Positions 6,788 to 17,721 of a stretch of DNA of 28,266 nt are shown in pieces. The notes under the pieces are model-generated. The model saw only the letters and a program-made list of their open reading frames with translations, was not told the DNA's origin and searched no databases. The number at the start of each line of letters is the position of its first letter. Position 1 is the first letter of the stretch. The DNA is from Candidatus Magasanikiibacteriota bacterium (lineage in GTDB: Bacteria > Patescibacteriota > Patescibacteriia > Magasanikbacterales > UBA922), in NCBI GenBank assembly GCA_043800545.1, contig JAZDMW010000005.1, forward strand, positions 1-28,266, read 5' to 3'. The position numbers and the translations under genes were made by a program.

Positions 6788-8175
6788 CAAATATTTCAAA
6801 ACAACTTGACCAAAATCTTCCGGTCATAGCAATCGTTGGACGAACCAATGTTGGAAAGTCCACACTCTTCAACAAGCTTATAGAAGATAATAAAGCTCTT
6901 GTTTCAGATGTTCCAGGAACAACCCGCACGAGTAATGAAGGAAATATTATTTGGCGTGGGAAAAATGCAAAAGTCATAGATACTGGAGGACTTACTTTTG
7001 AAGAATCCATAGACTTTGAAGAAGATATCTTGAAACAAAGTGAAAAGGCGATGAAAGAAGCGGATGTTATTCTTTTTATTACGGATGCAGAATCTGGTGT
7101 TCTTCCACAAGAATATGAACTTGCAAAACGCATGCGACGTATTATATCAAAACCAGTGATTCTTGTTGCAAACAAAGCTGACGACAAGAAAAAAGAGATG
7201 AACATATTCAATGAAGATTTTGCAAAACTTGGACTTGGAGAAGCCTTCCCTATTTCCGCATCAAGTGGAAAAAACCTTGGTGAACTTCTTGACCTTATTT
7301 ACAAACATTTAGGTAGTGCAAAAACACGACCAAAGGTTATTCCAGAAAATGCACCGATACAAATTAGTATTATTGGAAAACCAAATGTAGGAAAATCTAG
7401 TCTTTTTAATAAACTGATTGGTGAAGAAAAAGTTATTGTTAGCGATATTCCTCATACGACTCGTGAACCTTTTGATACGCTCGTAGAATATGAACACGAA
7501 GAAGGAACAAAAAAGACAAAACAACTTATTAATTTCATAGATACAGCAGGTATACGGAGAAAATCTCGTGTTGCTGGATTTTTAGAAAAAGCAGGTATAC
7601 AAAAAAGTCTTGATACCCTTGATAAATCAGATATTATTCTTTTTGTCATTGATGGAAATGAAATTATATCATCACAAGATATGCAACTTGGAGGTCTTAT
7701 TGAGAGACGATCAAAGAGTGTTATGATTCTGGTAAACAAATGGGATTTAAATGATGACAGTACTGATGCACACAGAAATATGGTAAAAAGAATGGTTTAT
7801 TCCTATTTTCCTCATTTGAAATTCGCACCAATACTCTTTGTCAGTGGAAAAACTGGAGAAAAAGTACATCAAATATTTCCAATGATTATGGAAATATGGA
7901 AAGCCCGACATACACAAATAGCAAATAGAGCTTTGGAACAATTCCTGGAAGAAATGTCCACAAAACATAAACCAGCCCGTGGAAAAGGAACACGACAACC
8001 ACAATTGTTTGGATTTCGTCAGATCGGTACGGCTCCTCCAATTTTTGAATTGTATGTAAAATACCGAACCTCTCTTCACCGTTCATACCTTAATTTCCTT
8101 GAAAATCATCTTCGAGAAAAATTTGATTTTATTGGAACACCTATTGTTATTAAGCTTACAAAAATTAAACGTTAA
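6784..8175 (+). CDS. der: Ribosome biogenesis GTPase Der (EngA)
   Basis: Two G domains (GRTNVGKSTLFN, DTGG, NKAD; GKPNVGKSSLFN, DTAG, NKWD) plus a KH-like C-terminus. Confidence 0.97.
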   Translation: MTNISKQLDQNLPVIAIVGRTNVGKSTLFNKLIEDNKALVSDVPGTTRTSNEGNIIWRGKNAKVIDTGGLTFEESIDFEEDILKQSEKAMKEADVILFITDAESGVLPQEYELAKRMRRIISKPVILVANKADDKKKEMNIFNEDFAKLGLGEAFPISASSGKNLGELLDLIYKHLGSAKTRPKVIPENAPIQISIIGKPNVGKSSLFNKLIGEEKVIVSDIPHTTREPFDTLVEYEHEEGTKKTKQLINFIDTAGIRRKSRVAGFLEKAGIQKSLDTLDKSDIILFVIDGNEIISSQDMQLGGLIERRSKSVMILVNKWDLNDDSTDAHRNMVKRMVYSYFPHLKFAPILFVSGKTGEKVHQIFPMIMEIWKARHTQIANRALEQFLEEMSTKHKPARGKGTRQPQLFGFRQIGTAPPIFELYVKYRTSLHRSYLNFLENHLREKFDFIGTPIVIKLTKIKR

Positions 8176-8193
8176 TCCAATAACAAAGCTTAT

Positions 8194-8631
8194 ATGATAA
8201 GAAAGATTTTATCACCAATAGTTTACGCAGTTTTTCTTGTATTAAATATCATCACATTTTTGCTAATTGATATAAACATGAGTTTTTTCCGCGATAATTT
8301 TCCAATTCTTATTATACTGACACTCCTACAACTCATTATACCGGGAACCTTCTACTTTTGGGAAGGAAATCGCTTAATGAAAGAAATTGAAAAAGCACAC
8401 ACACTAAAAATCTCAGACCACTTTAGACAATCCAGTCTATGTTATCTTACTATCATTCTATTATTAATAATAATCACACCTGCAATTATAGATACAAAAG
8501 ATGCGACAGGACATGAATTTATTATCACTGGTCTTATAATTGGAAATCTAATATTATTAATACTTAATTCAATCTTGGCGGTTTTTATAAATGCCATTTT
8601 TGTTTATAAACATAAAAAGGTTAAAATATAA
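8194..8631 (+). CDS. Hypothetical membrane protein (145 aa)
   Basis: About four hydrophobic segments; fills the der-pth gap on the same strand. Confidence 0.7.
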   Translation: MIRKILSPIVYAVFLVLNIITFLLIDINMSFFRDNFPILIILTLLQLIIPGTFYFWEGNRLMKEIEKAHTLKISDHFRQSSLCYLTIILLLIIITPAIIDTKDATGHEFIITGLIIGNLILLILNSILAVFINAIFVYKHKKVKI

Positions 8632-8637
8632 TCCCAT

Positions 8638-9180
8638 ATGAAACTGATTGTTGGCCTCGGAAATCCAGGGAAACAATATGAAAAGACACGTCATAATGTC
8701 GGTTTTATGGTACTGGATTCCCTTCAAAAAGAACTTCAAAAAAACAATTGCGACAAATGGATTCTCAATAAAAAATTCAATGCAGAAACGTGCGAAGCAA
8801 CCGTGAATGGAAATAAAATTATCCTTGCAAAACCAATGACTTTCATGAACGCCTCTGGACAGTCAGTACAACTTATTGCCCATTTCTTTAAACTGAAGCA
8901 TGATGACATTATCGTTATTCATGATGAAAAGGATCTGCCTCTTGGAGAATATAAAGTTCAAACAGGAAGAGGAGACGCGGGACATAATGGAATTCGTTCC
9001 ATCGTAGAATACTTGGGGACAAAAGATATTACCCGCTACCGCATAGGGATTGCAAGCAAAAATGAAAAGAAAATGGAAGACACTTCTCAATTTGTCCTTG
9101 GAAAATTCGGACTTTTAGAAAAAAGAAAACTCGATACTCTTGTACAAGAAGTCGTCAGAGAAATTGTATCTTCACTCTAG
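8638..9180 (+). CDS. pth: Peptidyl-tRNA hydrolase
   Basis: MKLIVGLGNPG...TRHNVGF, KPMTFMNASG, HDEKDLPLG, GHNGIRSI. Confidence 0.97.
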   Translation: MKLIVGLGNPGKQYEKTRHNVGFMVLDSLQKELQKNNCDKWILNKKFNAETCEATVNGNKIILAKPMTFMNASGQSVQLIAHFFKLKHDDIIVIHDEKDLPLGEYKVQTGRGDAGHNGIRSIVEYLGTKDITRYRIGIASKNEKKMEDTSQFVLGKFGLLEKRKLDTLVQEVVREIVSSL

Positions 9181-9183
9181 CCT

Positions 9184-10089
9184 ATGCTTTCTAAGGAGGT
9201 TTTGTTTACTTATTATCCAAAATACACAGTACAAAGATATAAAACCCTTATACGGGTTTTTTCTTGTTTAGAAAATGCTTGGAATGCTGAATTTGATGAA
9301 ATGAAAAAAACAGATTGGGATAATAATCTGATCCACGAGTTTCTCACTTGGAAAGATCATCTTGATGAGTCAGCTCTCGAATATGGCCTTCAAAAAAATA
9401 ATATTGAAGCTATCACAATTCACGATGATACGTATCCAGAAATACTCAAATATATTTATGATCCCCCAACATGTCTGTTTGTCCGAGGAAAACTCCAAAA
9501 ACAGGAAATGAGCCTTGCGGTTGTTGGTTCTAGAAAAAATTCATTTTATGGACAACAAACTGTGGAATCTCTCGTGAGCATCCTTGCCAAAAAAGGAATT
9601 ACTCTCGTGAGTGGACTCGCATATGGCATAGATTCCATTGTTCATGCTACTACTCTCAGAAATCAGGGAAGAACCATTGCCGTACTCGGAGGTGGAATAG
9701 ATAATGGAACCATATATCCAAGAGAACATATTCCTCTTGCTGAAAGCATTCTCCAAAATGGAGGGGCGCTTGTATCAGAATACCCTCCAGGATTTTCCCC
9801 GACCAAATATACGTTTCCAATGAGAAACAGAATCATAGCCGGGCTCTCCTTGGCAACGCTTGTTATTGAGGCAACAGAAAAATCTGGGGCTTTAACAACT
9901 GCACAATATGCCTTGGACAATAGCCGAGATGTATTTGCCATTCCCCACAATATACAGAACATCAATGGGGCAGGATGTAACAATTTGCTCAAAACAGGAG
10001 CGAAAATGGTTACCTCTGCTGAAGATATTTTAGAGTATTTTCATCTGAATGAAGAGAAAAATACAGGCCAAGAAGCACTTTTCCTCTAA
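9184..10089 (+). CDS. dprA: DNA-processing protein DprA
   Basis: YPEILKYIYDPP, AVVGSR, VSGLAYGID, RNRIIAGLS, EATEKSGALTTA; adjacent to topA. Confidence 0.95.
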   Translation: MLSKEVLFTYYPKYTVQRYKTLIRVFSCLENAWNAEFDEMKKTDWDNNLIHEFLTWKDHLDESALEYGLQKNNIEAITIHDDTYPEILKYIYDPPTCLFVRGKLQKQEMSLAVVGSRKNSFYGQQTVESLVSILAKKGITLVSGLAYGIDSIVHATTLRNQGRTIAVLGGGIDNGTIYPREHIPLAESILQNGGALVSEYPPGFSPTKYTFPMRNRIIAGLSLATLVIEATEKSGALTTAQYALDNSRDVFAIPHNIQNINGAGCNNLLKTGAKMVTSAEDILEYFHLNEEKNTGQEALFL

Positions 10090-10110
10090 CAACAAAAAAT
10101 ACACCCCCAT

Positions 10111-10139
10111 TTGACATTTGACCCAAACTTGGCTATAGT
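10111..10139 (+). promoter_or_regulatory. topA promoter
   Basis: TTGACA - 17 nt - TATAGT. Confidence 0.7.
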
Positions 10140-10165
10140 AAAAGATGTTATTTTGAACACATATT

Positions 10166-12439
10166 ATGTCCAAAACCCTCGTAATCGTAGAATCCCCTAC
10201 AAAAGCAAAAACTATTTCCAAATTCCTTGGACCACAATATATTGTTGAGTCTTCTTTTGGACATGTACGTGACCTCCCAAAAAGTAAAATGGGGGTAGAT
10301 ATTGAAGGTGGAACCTTTGAGCCACAATACATCGTTTCTAAAGACCGAAGCGCACAAGTGAAAAAGTTGAAAGATCTTGCGAAAAAAACAGATAAAATCA
10401 TATTCGCAACTGATGAGGACCGTGAGGGAGAAGCCATTTCTTGGCACCTTGCGGCAATTCTTGGTGTTGATCCAGCAAAGGCAGACCGTATTGTATTTCA
10501 TGAAATCACCAAGTCTGCACTTGAAGAAGCAATTCAGAATCCAAGACATATTGACCAAAAACTTGTGGATGCTCAACAAGCAAGACGTGTTCTTGATCGT
10601 CTTGTTGGGTATGAACTCTCTCCACTTCTCTGGAAAAAAGTAGCCCGAGGACTTTCTGCTGGACGTGTACAATCTGTTGCCATGCGTCTTGTTGTTGAGA
10701 GAGAACGCGAAATACAAAATTTTAAACCAGAAGAATATTGGTCTATTGAAGGAACCTTTCTTACAAAAGAAAATGCAAAAATTGTTGCAAACTTATTTTC
10801 TATTGATGATAAAAAACTGGATAAATTTGACATTAACAATAAAGAAAAGGCAGAAGGCATTGTAAAAAAATTGGAAGGAAAAGAATTTTCCATTACCAAT
10901 ATTGAAAAAAAAGAAACAAAAAAAACTCCTCCTCCCCCATTTACAACATCAACCCTCCAACAAAAAGCAAATACCGTGTATGGATTTTCTTCAAAACAAA
11001 CCATGCGCCTTGCACAACAACTTTATGAAGGTATTAAACTTGGAAACCAAGGTCAACTCGGTCTTATAACCTACATGCGTACTGATTCTGTAAATTTGTC
11101 AGAAAAGTTTATTGGTGAAGCAAAAAGTTATGTTCATGGTGCTTATGGAGAAAAATATGATCTCTCAAAGCCAAGATTCTACGCTCAAAAATCTAAAAAT
11201 GCGCAAGAAGCTCATGAGGCTATCCGTCCATCTGACCCTGCAAGAACGCCAGAATCACTCAAGGAACATTTAGATAGTCAACAACTCAAACTCTATAGTC
11301 TTATCTGGAAAAGAGCGGTGGCTACACAAATGGCTGATGCTCGTATGAACAAAATGAGTTTAGATATTACTGGAGAGAAACACATGTTTCGAGCAAATGG
11401 ACAAACAATTCTTTTTGATGGCTGGCTCAAACTCTATCCAACACTTGCAAAAGAAGAAATCCTTCCAGAAACAACCCTAAACGAAATTCTCCGCTGTGAA
11501 AATATTAAACCAGATCAGCATTTTACTGAACCTCCTGCTCGTTATTCTGATGCAACCTTGGTAAAAGCACTTGAAGAACATGGAGTTGGACGTCCATCCA
11601 CCTATGCACCAACCCTCGCAACTATTGAAGCGAGAAATTATGTTGAGCGTGTGGATAAAAAACTCAAACCAACAGATATTGCTTTTGTTGTGAATGATCT
11701 TTTGGTTGAACATTTTAACAATATTGTGGATTTTGAATTCACGGCGAAAATGGAAGAAAACTTGGATGAAATTGCTGAAGGGAAAAAAGATTGGAAACCT
11801 ATTATTGCAACTTTCTATCATCCATTTCATGAAACCATTATGCAAAAAAAAGATGAAATTACAAAAGAAGATACAACTCAAGCACGTGAGCTTGGAAATG
11901 ATCCAAAAACAGGTGAACCTATTTTTGTAAAAATTGGTCGTTTTGGACCCTACGTACAAAAGGGAAAAGGTGAAGGTGAAGAAAAACCAAAATTTGCTTC
12001 TCTTAAAAAAGAACAATCCGCAGATACGATTACTCTTGAAGATGCACTTGTTCTCCTCCAACTTCCAAGAATATTTACTACTGATGCTGGAGAAGAAATT
12101 GAAGTAAATATTGGACGCTTTGGACCATATGTAAAAATGAATGGTAAATTTCATTCCATAAAAGAGGGTGATCCGTATACTTTTACCAGAGAACAGGCTC
12201 TTGCCATTATTAAAGAAGCTAGTGAACGTGATGCCAAAAAGACCATACAGGTCTTCAAATCCGAGGGCATACAAATCCTCAACGGGAGATATGGTCCATA
12301 CATCACTGATGGAAAGAAAAATGTAAAAATTCCTACAGGGACAGATCCAGAAAAGATTACACTTGAAGAATGTAAAGAACTTCTTGAAGGGAAAAAGACT
12401 GCCTCCCCAAGAAAAAAAACCACAAAAAAAGCAAAATAA
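10166..12439 (+). CDS. topA: DNA topoisomerase I with C-terminal GR(F/Y)GPY repeats
   Basis: LVIVESPTKAKTI, ATDEDREGE, SAGRVQS, LITYMRTDS, AQEAHEAIRP, GRPSTYA; three GRFGPY-type repeats instead of zinc fingers. Confidence 0.98.
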   Translation: MSKTLVIVESPTKAKTISKFLGPQYIVESSFGHVRDLPKSKMGVDIEGGTFEPQYIVSKDRSAQVKKLKDLAKKTDKIIFATDEDREGEAISWHLAAILGVDPAKADRIVFHEITKSALEEAIQNPRHIDQKLVDAQQARRVLDRLVGYELSPLLWKKVARGLSAGRVQSVAMRLVVEREREIQNFKPEEYWSIEGTFLTKENAKIVANLFSIDDKKLDKFDINNKEKAEGIVKKLEGKEFSITNIEKKETKKTPPPPFTTSTLQQKANTVYGFSSKQTMRLAQQLYEGIKLGNQGQLGLITYMRTDSVNLSEKFIGEAKSYVHGAYGEKYDLSKPRFYAQKSKNAQEAHEAIRPSDPARTPESLKEHLDSQQLKLYSLIWKRAVATQMADARMNKMSLDITGEKHMFRANGQTILFDGWLKLYPTLAKEEILPETTLNEILRCENIKPDQHFTEPPARYSDATLVKALEEHGVGRPSTYAPTLATIEARNYVERVDKKLKPTDIAFVVNDLLVEHFNNIVDFEFTAKMEENLDEIAEGKKDWKPIIATFYHPFHETIMQKKDEITKEDTTQARELGNDPKTGEPIFVKIGRFGPYVQKGKGEGEEKPKFASLKKEQSADTITLEDALVLLQLPRIFTTDAGEEIEVNIGRFGPYVKMNGKFHSIKEGDPYTFTREQALAIIKEASERDAKKTIQVFKSEGIQILNGRYGPYITDGKKNVKIPTGTDPEKITLEECKELLEGKKTASPRKKTTKKAK

Positions 12440-12446
12440 GACAAAC

Positions 12447-12483
12447 ATAAAATCCCACAAAAAAAACATGGGATTTTATTTTC
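12447..12483 (+). terminator. topA terminator
   Basis: ATAAAATCCCA-N11-TGGGATTTTAT followed by a T-run. Confidence 0.65.
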
Positions 12484-12484
12484 C

Positions 12485-12513
12485 TTGTGTAAAACGCAAA
12501 AAAATGGTATAAA
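12485..12513 (+). promoter_or_regulatory. Probable promoter of the RSH gene
   Basis: TTGTGT - 17 nt - TATAAA, with an extended -10 TG. Confidence 0.5.
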
Positions 12514-12530
12514 CAGACAAAGAGACTTCT

Positions 12531-14012
12531 ATGCTGAATTCAACATTCCCCACAATTGAAAACCTTATTGAAAAAATCAAATCCTACGACGAAGATGCAG
12601 ATACGGATATTATTCGTCTTGCCTATGATTTTGCCAATAATGCCCATGCAGGACAAGTAAGAAAAAGTGGTGAACCATATATTACTCACCCCCTTGCTGC
12701 AGCGCATATCCTTGCAGACATGCGTATTGATCCGATCATTGTCACTGCAACGCTACTCCACGATGTTCCTGAAGATACGGAAGTTACTATAGAAGAAATT
12801 GAAAAGAATTTTGGAGAAGAAATTGCGTCCCTTGTCCGAGGAATTACCAAACTAGGGAAGTTGAAATACCGTGGCGTAGAAAGATATATAGAAAACCTCC
12901 GCAAAATGTTTGTTGCCATGGCAGAAGACATTCGAGTTATGATTATTAAATTTGCGGATCGTATTCATAATCTACAAACACTGGATTCTCTTCCACCAGA
13001 AAAACAATATCGCATTGCTCTTGAAAGTCTCGAGATATTTGCTCCTATTGCAAACCGTCTTGGAATGGGTGAAATGAAAGGAGAATTAGAGGATCTTTCT
13101 TTCAAATACATTTATCCAAAAGAATACCAACGTGCAAAAAGTATTCGAGATGAAAAACTTAAAGGAAAAGAAAAATATTTAGAGAAAATGATGGAACAAA
13201 CCAGAAAAGCACTTCAAGATGCAAATATTACTTTTGATTTTATTGATGGAAGAAATAAACGGCTGTATAGCTTTTACAGAAAACTCCAAAGAAAAGAAAA
13301 CCAAGTTGCAAAAATTTATGATCTTGTTGCTCTTCGTGTTGTCGTTCCTTCCATTGCAGACTGTTATGCTACACTTGGTATTCTCCATAAATATTGGAAA
13401 CCTCTCAAAGGACGTATAAAAGATTACATTTCCCAACCAAAACCAAATGGATATAAATCTCTCCATACGACTGTTTTTGGTGATGGGGGTGAAATTATAG
13501 AATTCCAAATACGAACTCATGACATGCATGAAGAAGCAGAATATGGTATTGCTGCTCACTGGCATTATGATGAGAAAGGAAGACGCGCTCCAAAACAAGA
13601 TATTGTATGGGCACAAGAACTTGCTACCATACAAAAAGATATCCTCAATAAAATGAGTGATCTTGAAGCCATTAAAATCAACTTTCTCCAAACAAGAATA
13701 TTTGTATTCACCCCAAAAGGAGATGTCATTGATCTTCCAGAAGGATCCACACCAGTAGACTTTGCCTACCACATCCACACAGACATTGGAAATAAATGTA
13801 ATGCAGCACTCGTGAACGATAAATATGTAAGTCTGGATACAGAACTCAAAAATGGTGATGTCGTGGAAATCATCATAGATAAAAGTAGAAAAATACCAAA
13901 TCCAGAATGGCTTGACTTTGTAAAAACCACCACTGCGAAAGCAAATATTCGGACAGCAAAGAAAAATAAAATCACAGGATGGCTGAAGTCTGTTCTTCCA
14001 AAGAAATTATAA
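12531..14012 (+). CDS. RelA/SpoT family (p)ppGpp hydrolase/synthetase, HD + SYNTH + TGS, no ZFD/ACT
   Basis: HAGQVRKSGEPYITHP, LLHDVPED, RIKDYISQPKPNGYKSLHT, EFQIRT, FVFTPKG...TPVDFAYHIHT. Confidence 0.95.
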   Translation: MLNSTFPTIENLIEKIKSYDEDADTDIIRLAYDFANNAHAGQVRKSGEPYITHPLAAAHILADMRIDPIIVTATLLHDVPEDTEVTIEEIEKNFGEEIASLVRGITKLGKLKYRGVERYIENLRKMFVAMAEDIRVMIIKFADRIHNLQTLDSLPPEKQYRIALESLEIFAPIANRLGMGEMKGELEDLSFKYIYPKEYQRAKSIRDEKLKGKEKYLEKMMEQTRKALQDANITFDFIDGRNKRLYSFYRKLQRKENQVAKIYDLVALRVVVPSIADCYATLGILHKYWKPLKGRIKDYISQPKPNGYKSLHTTVFGDGGEIIEFQIRTHDMHEEAEYGIAAHWHYDEKGRRAPKQDIVWAQELATIQKDILNKMSDLEAIKINFLQTRIFVFTPKGDVIDLPEGSTPVDFAYHIHTDIGNKCNAALVNDKYVSLDTELKNGDVVEIIIDKSRKIPNPEWLDFVKTTTAKANIRTAKKNKITGWLKSVLPKKL

Positions 14013-14040
14013 AAAATACTCCTTGCGGAGTATTTTTTTA
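14011..14040. terminator. Bidirectional terminator between the RSH gene and dnaJ
   Basis: AAAAAATACTCC-TTGC-GGAGTATTTTTT. Confidence 0.85.
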
Positions 14041-15141
14041 TGAATTTAATTCTTCTTGTAATTCTTCTAATAACTTCTTAGCTTTTCTACTTACTCTTTT
14101 TGGAACATCAATCATTACTTTAACATACTGATCACCCTTTCCTCCACCATTCACATACACAACTCCTAAACCTCGTAAACGAAATTCTTGATGAGATTTT
14201 GTTCCAGAAGGGACGACAAATTTTTTCTTTCCATCAAGTGTATCTATTTCTATCGTATCTCCAAGCACGGCTTGAGAATATGAAATCTGTAATTCTGTAT
14301 GGATGTCATATCCATCTCTTTCAAAAATTTTGCTTGCCTTTACGTGAACAACGACGAACATGTCTCCAGGAGCCCCACCATTTCCAGGATACTCTCCTTT
14401 TCCACTGAGACGAATAGACTGTCCATCATCAATTCCAGCAGGAATCTTCACAAAAAACTTGCTTTCACCCCGCACGCTTCCGTCTCCCCCACAATGTTTA
14501 CAAAGCTTCTCGGGTATCTTTCCAGTACCATGACAAATACTACACGTGTGGACGCTCTGCATGGCTCCAAGCATGGTTTGCTGTACTCTTCTCACCTGTC
14601 CTTGCCCATTACATTCTGAACAGGTCTTTTGTGTACTTCCTGGTTCAGCACCAGTACCATTACACACATCACAAGGGTTATTTTTGGTAACGCGTATTTC
14701 TTTTTCCACACCATTCACCGCTTCTTCAAAAGGAATTTCAATATCTACCTGAACATTTCTTCCTTGTGCTTGTCCTCCACGACGGCTTCTTCCTCCTCCA
14801 AAACCAAACATTTCTCCAAATATATCCCCAAGATCAATGCCTCCACCGAAATCAAAACCACCACCACCTTGTCCACGAGTAGCACGCATAAAATCATCCC
14901 AATTCATTCCTTGGCCAAATCCACCTTGTGCATTAAAATCCGATCCATATTGATCGTACTGTTGTCTCTTTGTTTCATCACCAAGGACCTGGTACGCTTC
15001 ATTTACTTCCTTAAACTTTGCTTCGTCACCATCTTTTTTATCTGGATGATATTTATGAGCAAGTTTCCGAAAAGACTTTTTTATCTCATCCAAAGTCACA
15101 CCCTTTTCTACACCTAATATTTTGTAATAATCTTTTGACAT
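14038..15141 (-). CDS. dnaJ: Chaperone DnaJ
   Basis: J domain with HPD, G/F-rich linker, four CxxCxGxG repeats, C-terminal domain. Confidence 0.98.
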   Translation of the reverse strand: MSKDYYKILGVEKGVTLDEIKKSFRKLAHKYHPDKKDGDEAKFKEVNEAYQVLGDETKRQQYDQYGSDFNAQGGFGQGMNWDDFMRATRGQGGGGFDFGGGIDLGDIFGEMFGFGGGRSRRGGQAQGRNVQVDIEIPFEEAVNGVEKEIRVTKNNPCDVCNGTGAEPGSTQKTCSECNGQGQVRRVQQTMLGAMQSVHTCSICHGTGKIPEKLCKHCGGDGSVRGESKFFVKIPAGIDDGQSIRLSGKGEYPGNGGAPGDMFVVVHVKASKIFERDGYDIHTELQISYSQAVLGDTIEIDTLDGKKKFVVPSGTKSHQEFRLRGLGVVYVNGGGKGDQYVKVMIDVPKRVSRKAKKLLEELQEELNS

Positions 15142-15169
15142 AATTCTATTATTGCTCCAATTTCATTCA

Positions 15170-15619
15170 CTATTTTATATCCTTCAATACTTCGTCTGCT
15201 TCTTCTAACATTTTTATATCCTTCAACACTTCGTCTGCTTCTTCTAAGATTATACCTATACTCGGTAAAACATCTGGTAGCATTTCCAAGTTAACCATAA
15301 ATGTACTCATTTTATTTCGTAACCATTGATCCATGTGTTCTTCTATTCCGGATATATTTTTTATACAATTATCCATTTTCTCTTGAAGTGCTTTTTGTGT
15401 ATCAGGAAACAATTCTCCAGATTCTAAAACACTTTCTAGAAGTCTCTTAAATTCTTCTCCCAATTGAATGACCTCTTGCCAAGCTTGTTGTTCTTTTTCT
15501 CCAAGAGATTTTACATCTAATCCATTCAAATTTGGATCACTAGATATTTTACTCTCCATTATATCTCTAAAATCTTCCACTCCTCTTTCTGGAGAAAATC
15601 CTTGTTCTAAACTTGGCAT
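15170..15619 (-). CDS. Hypothetical acidic helical protein between dnaK and dnaJ
   Basis: Likely start MPSLEQGFSPERG at 15619 (the longer track start lies in the intergenic hairpin); ends in a duplicated LEEADEVLKDIK. Confidence 0.7.
   Translation of the reverse strand: MPSLEQGFSPERGVEDFRDIMESKISSDPNLNGLDVKSLGEKEQQAWQEVIQLGEEFKRLLESVLESGELFPDTQKALQEKMDNCIKNISGIEEHMDQWLRNKMSTFMVNLEMLPDVLPSIGIILEEADEVLKDIKMLEEADEVLKDIK
15173..15247. repeat. Tandem duplication, 2 x 36 nt with period 39
   Basis: TTTTATATCCTTCAA(T/C)ACTTCGTCTGCTTCTTCTAA at 15173-15208 and 15212-15247, one mismatch. Confidence 0.95.
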
Positions 15620-15635
15620 ATATTTGTAATTAAGA

Positions 15636-15680
15636 AACAAATCACTCGTCCCATTATATCACAGGACGAGCAGATTTGTT
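15636..15680 (-). terminator. Intergenic hairpin after dnaK (terminator or mRNA stabiliser)
   Basis: Plus strand AACAAATC-A-CTCGTCC-N12-GGACGAG-CA-GATTTGTT; only a weak U-tract. Confidence 0.5.
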
Positions 15681-15688
15681 ACCAAATG

Positions 15689-17614
15689 TTATTTCTTATC
15701 ATCAACGACTTCACCTTCTACAGGTCCTTCTTCCTTTGGAGCTTCTTTTGTTTCTCCTCCTGAGGCAGTTTTTCCTGTCTGTTGCTCTTGTTGATACAAT
15801 TTCATACCAACAGCCTGTGCAACCGTAGAAAGCTCTTCTGAAGCCTTTTTAATCGCTTCTACATCGTCTTTATCTTTTACATCCTTTACCTTTTGAAGAG
15901 CATCTGCTACTTTTTTCTTTTCTTCATCAGTTACAGCAACTTTCTTTTCTTCAACATCTTTCATCATTTTTTCTGTCGTATATACCATGGTATCTGCTGT
16001 ATTTTTAATCTCAACAAGTTCACGCTTCTTTTTATCTTCCTCAGCATGAGCTTCTGCTTCTTTCTTCATGCGTTCAATTTCTTCATTAGAAAGTCCACTT
16101 GAAGCTTCAATACGAATAGACTGTTGCTTGCCTGTTCCTTTATCTTTTGCAGAAACATTCAAAATACCGTTTGCATCAATATCAAAAGTCACTTCAATTT
16201 GTGGAACACCGCGTGGAGCTGGTGGAACACCATCCAAAATAAATCTTCCAAGTTGTTTATTATCCGTAGCCATTTGACGTTCACCTTGGAGAACATTTAC
16301 TTCTACACTTGGTTGATTATCTGCAGCTGTAGAAAATATTTGTGTTTTACTTGTTGGAATAGTTGTATTTTTCTCAATGAGTTTGGTCATAATTCCACCA
16401 AGGGTTTCAAGACCAAATGAAAGTGGAGTCACATCAAGGAGAAGGATATCTTTTCCAAGGTCCCCTTGAAGTTGTCCTGCTTGTATAGCAGCACCAACAG
16501 CAACGACCTCATCAGGATTCACAGTAATATTTGGTTTCTTTCCAAAAAATTCTTCAACCTTCTTTTGGATCAGTGGCATACGAGTCATTCCTCCTACCAA
16601 AACCACTTCATTAATTTCACTCGTACTCATTTTAGCATCAGCAAGTGCTTGTTTCATTGGACCCATGGTTTTATTTGCTAAATCCATCACAAGGTCCTCC
16701 AATTTTGCACGTGATAATTTCATATTCAAATGCTTTGGACCATCTGCTCCAGAAGTAATGAAAGGTTCATTGATTTCTGTTTCAGGAGTGCTAGAAAGTT
16801 CAATTTTTGCCTTTTCTGCAGCATCTTTTACTCTTTGAAGAGAAAGTGCATCACCGGAAAGATCAATGCCTTCTATTTTTTTGAACTCTTCCAAAATCCA
16901 TTCAATAATCTTTTTATCAAAGTCATCTCCGCCAAGATGAGTATCTCCATTTGTAGAAAGTACTTCTACAGTAGAAGAACCATCTTCTGCATCATGAGAA
17001 ATATCCAAAATGGACACATCAAAAGTACCACCACCAAGATCATACACAGCAATCTTTTGGTCTTGTTTTTTATCAAAACCATACGCAAATGCTGCAGCAG
17101 TCGGTTCATTAATAACACGAAGTACTTCAAGTCCAGCAATTTCACCAGCATGCTTTGTGGCTTGTCTTTGTGAATCGTCGAAATAAGCAGGAACCGTAAT
17201 TACCGCTTGTGTAATTTTTTCTCCAATTTTTTCTTCTGCATCAGATTTTAATTTTTGCAAAACCATTGCAGAAATTTCTGGTGGAGCATAATTTTTATCC
17301 CCCATTTTTACCAATACTTTGTCTCCTTCTGATACAATCTGGTAAGGAGCATGCTTTTGTACATCAGCAATTTCAACATCTCCTGCCTTACGACCAATAA
17401 GACGCTTAATTGAATACAATGTATTTTTTGGATTGGTCACTGATTGGCGTTTTGCCAATTGACCAACCAAACGTTCTCCTGATTTTGATATTGCTATCAC
17501 AGATGGAGTGGTTCTGTTTCCTTCTTTGTTCTCAAGTACTTTTGGTTGTCCACCCTCAACAATCGCCATACATGAGTTTGTTGTTCCAAGATCTATTCCG
17601 AGAATCTTTGACAT
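15689..17614 (-). CDS. dnaK: Chaperone DnaK (Hsp70)
   Basis: [47 protein letters not shown]. Confidence 0.99.
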   Translation of the reverse strand: MSKILGIDLGTTNSCMAIVEGGQPKVLENKEGNRTTPSVIAISKSGERLVGQLAKRQSVTNPKNTLYSIKRLIGRKAGDVEIADVQKHAPYQIVSEGDKVLVKMGDKNYAPPEISAMVLQKLKSDAEEKIGEKITQAVITVPAYFDDSQRQATKHAGEIAGLEVLRVINEPTAAAFAYGFDKKQDQKIAVYDLGGGTFDVSILDISHDAEDGSSTVEVLSTNGDTHLGGDDFDKKIIEWILEEFKKIEGIDLSGDALSLQRVKDAAEKAKIELSSTPETEINEPFITSGADGPKHLNMKLSRAKLEDLVMDLANKTMGPMKQALADAKMSTSEINEVVLVGGMTRMPLIQKKVEEFFGKKPNITVNPDEVVAVGAAIQAGQLQGDLGKDILLLDVTPLSFGLETLGGIMTKLIEKNTTIPTSKTQIFSTAADNQPSVEVNVLQGERQMATDNKQLGRFILDGVPPAPRGVPQIEVTFDIDANGILNVSAKDKGTGKQQSIRIEASSGLSNEEIERMKKEAEAHAEEDKKKRELVEIKNTADTMVYTTEKMMKDVEEKKVAVTDEEKKKVADALQKVKDVKDKDDVEAIKKASEELSTVAQAVGMKLYQQEQQTGKTASGGETKEAPKEEGPVEGEVVDDKK

Positions 17615-17721
17615 ATATTTTTAATTAATCTTTCTTTATTAATAACGTGTGAGGCATATATTCCTCTTGTCTCCCCCAAAGAGATTGTTCAGATCCATTT
17701 GAGAGAGTGAAGAACAATATA

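Noticed and set aside
5414-17628. Long antisense ORFs over LCP, topA, the RSH gene, dnaJ and dnaK
   Set aside because: Typical shadow frames opposite well-supported genes; no recognisable motifs.
17630-17721. Possible second CIRCE upstream of dnaK (…TTCACTC-N9-GATCTG…) and weak hairpins
   Set aside because: The right half-site is too degenerate and the hairpins are short.
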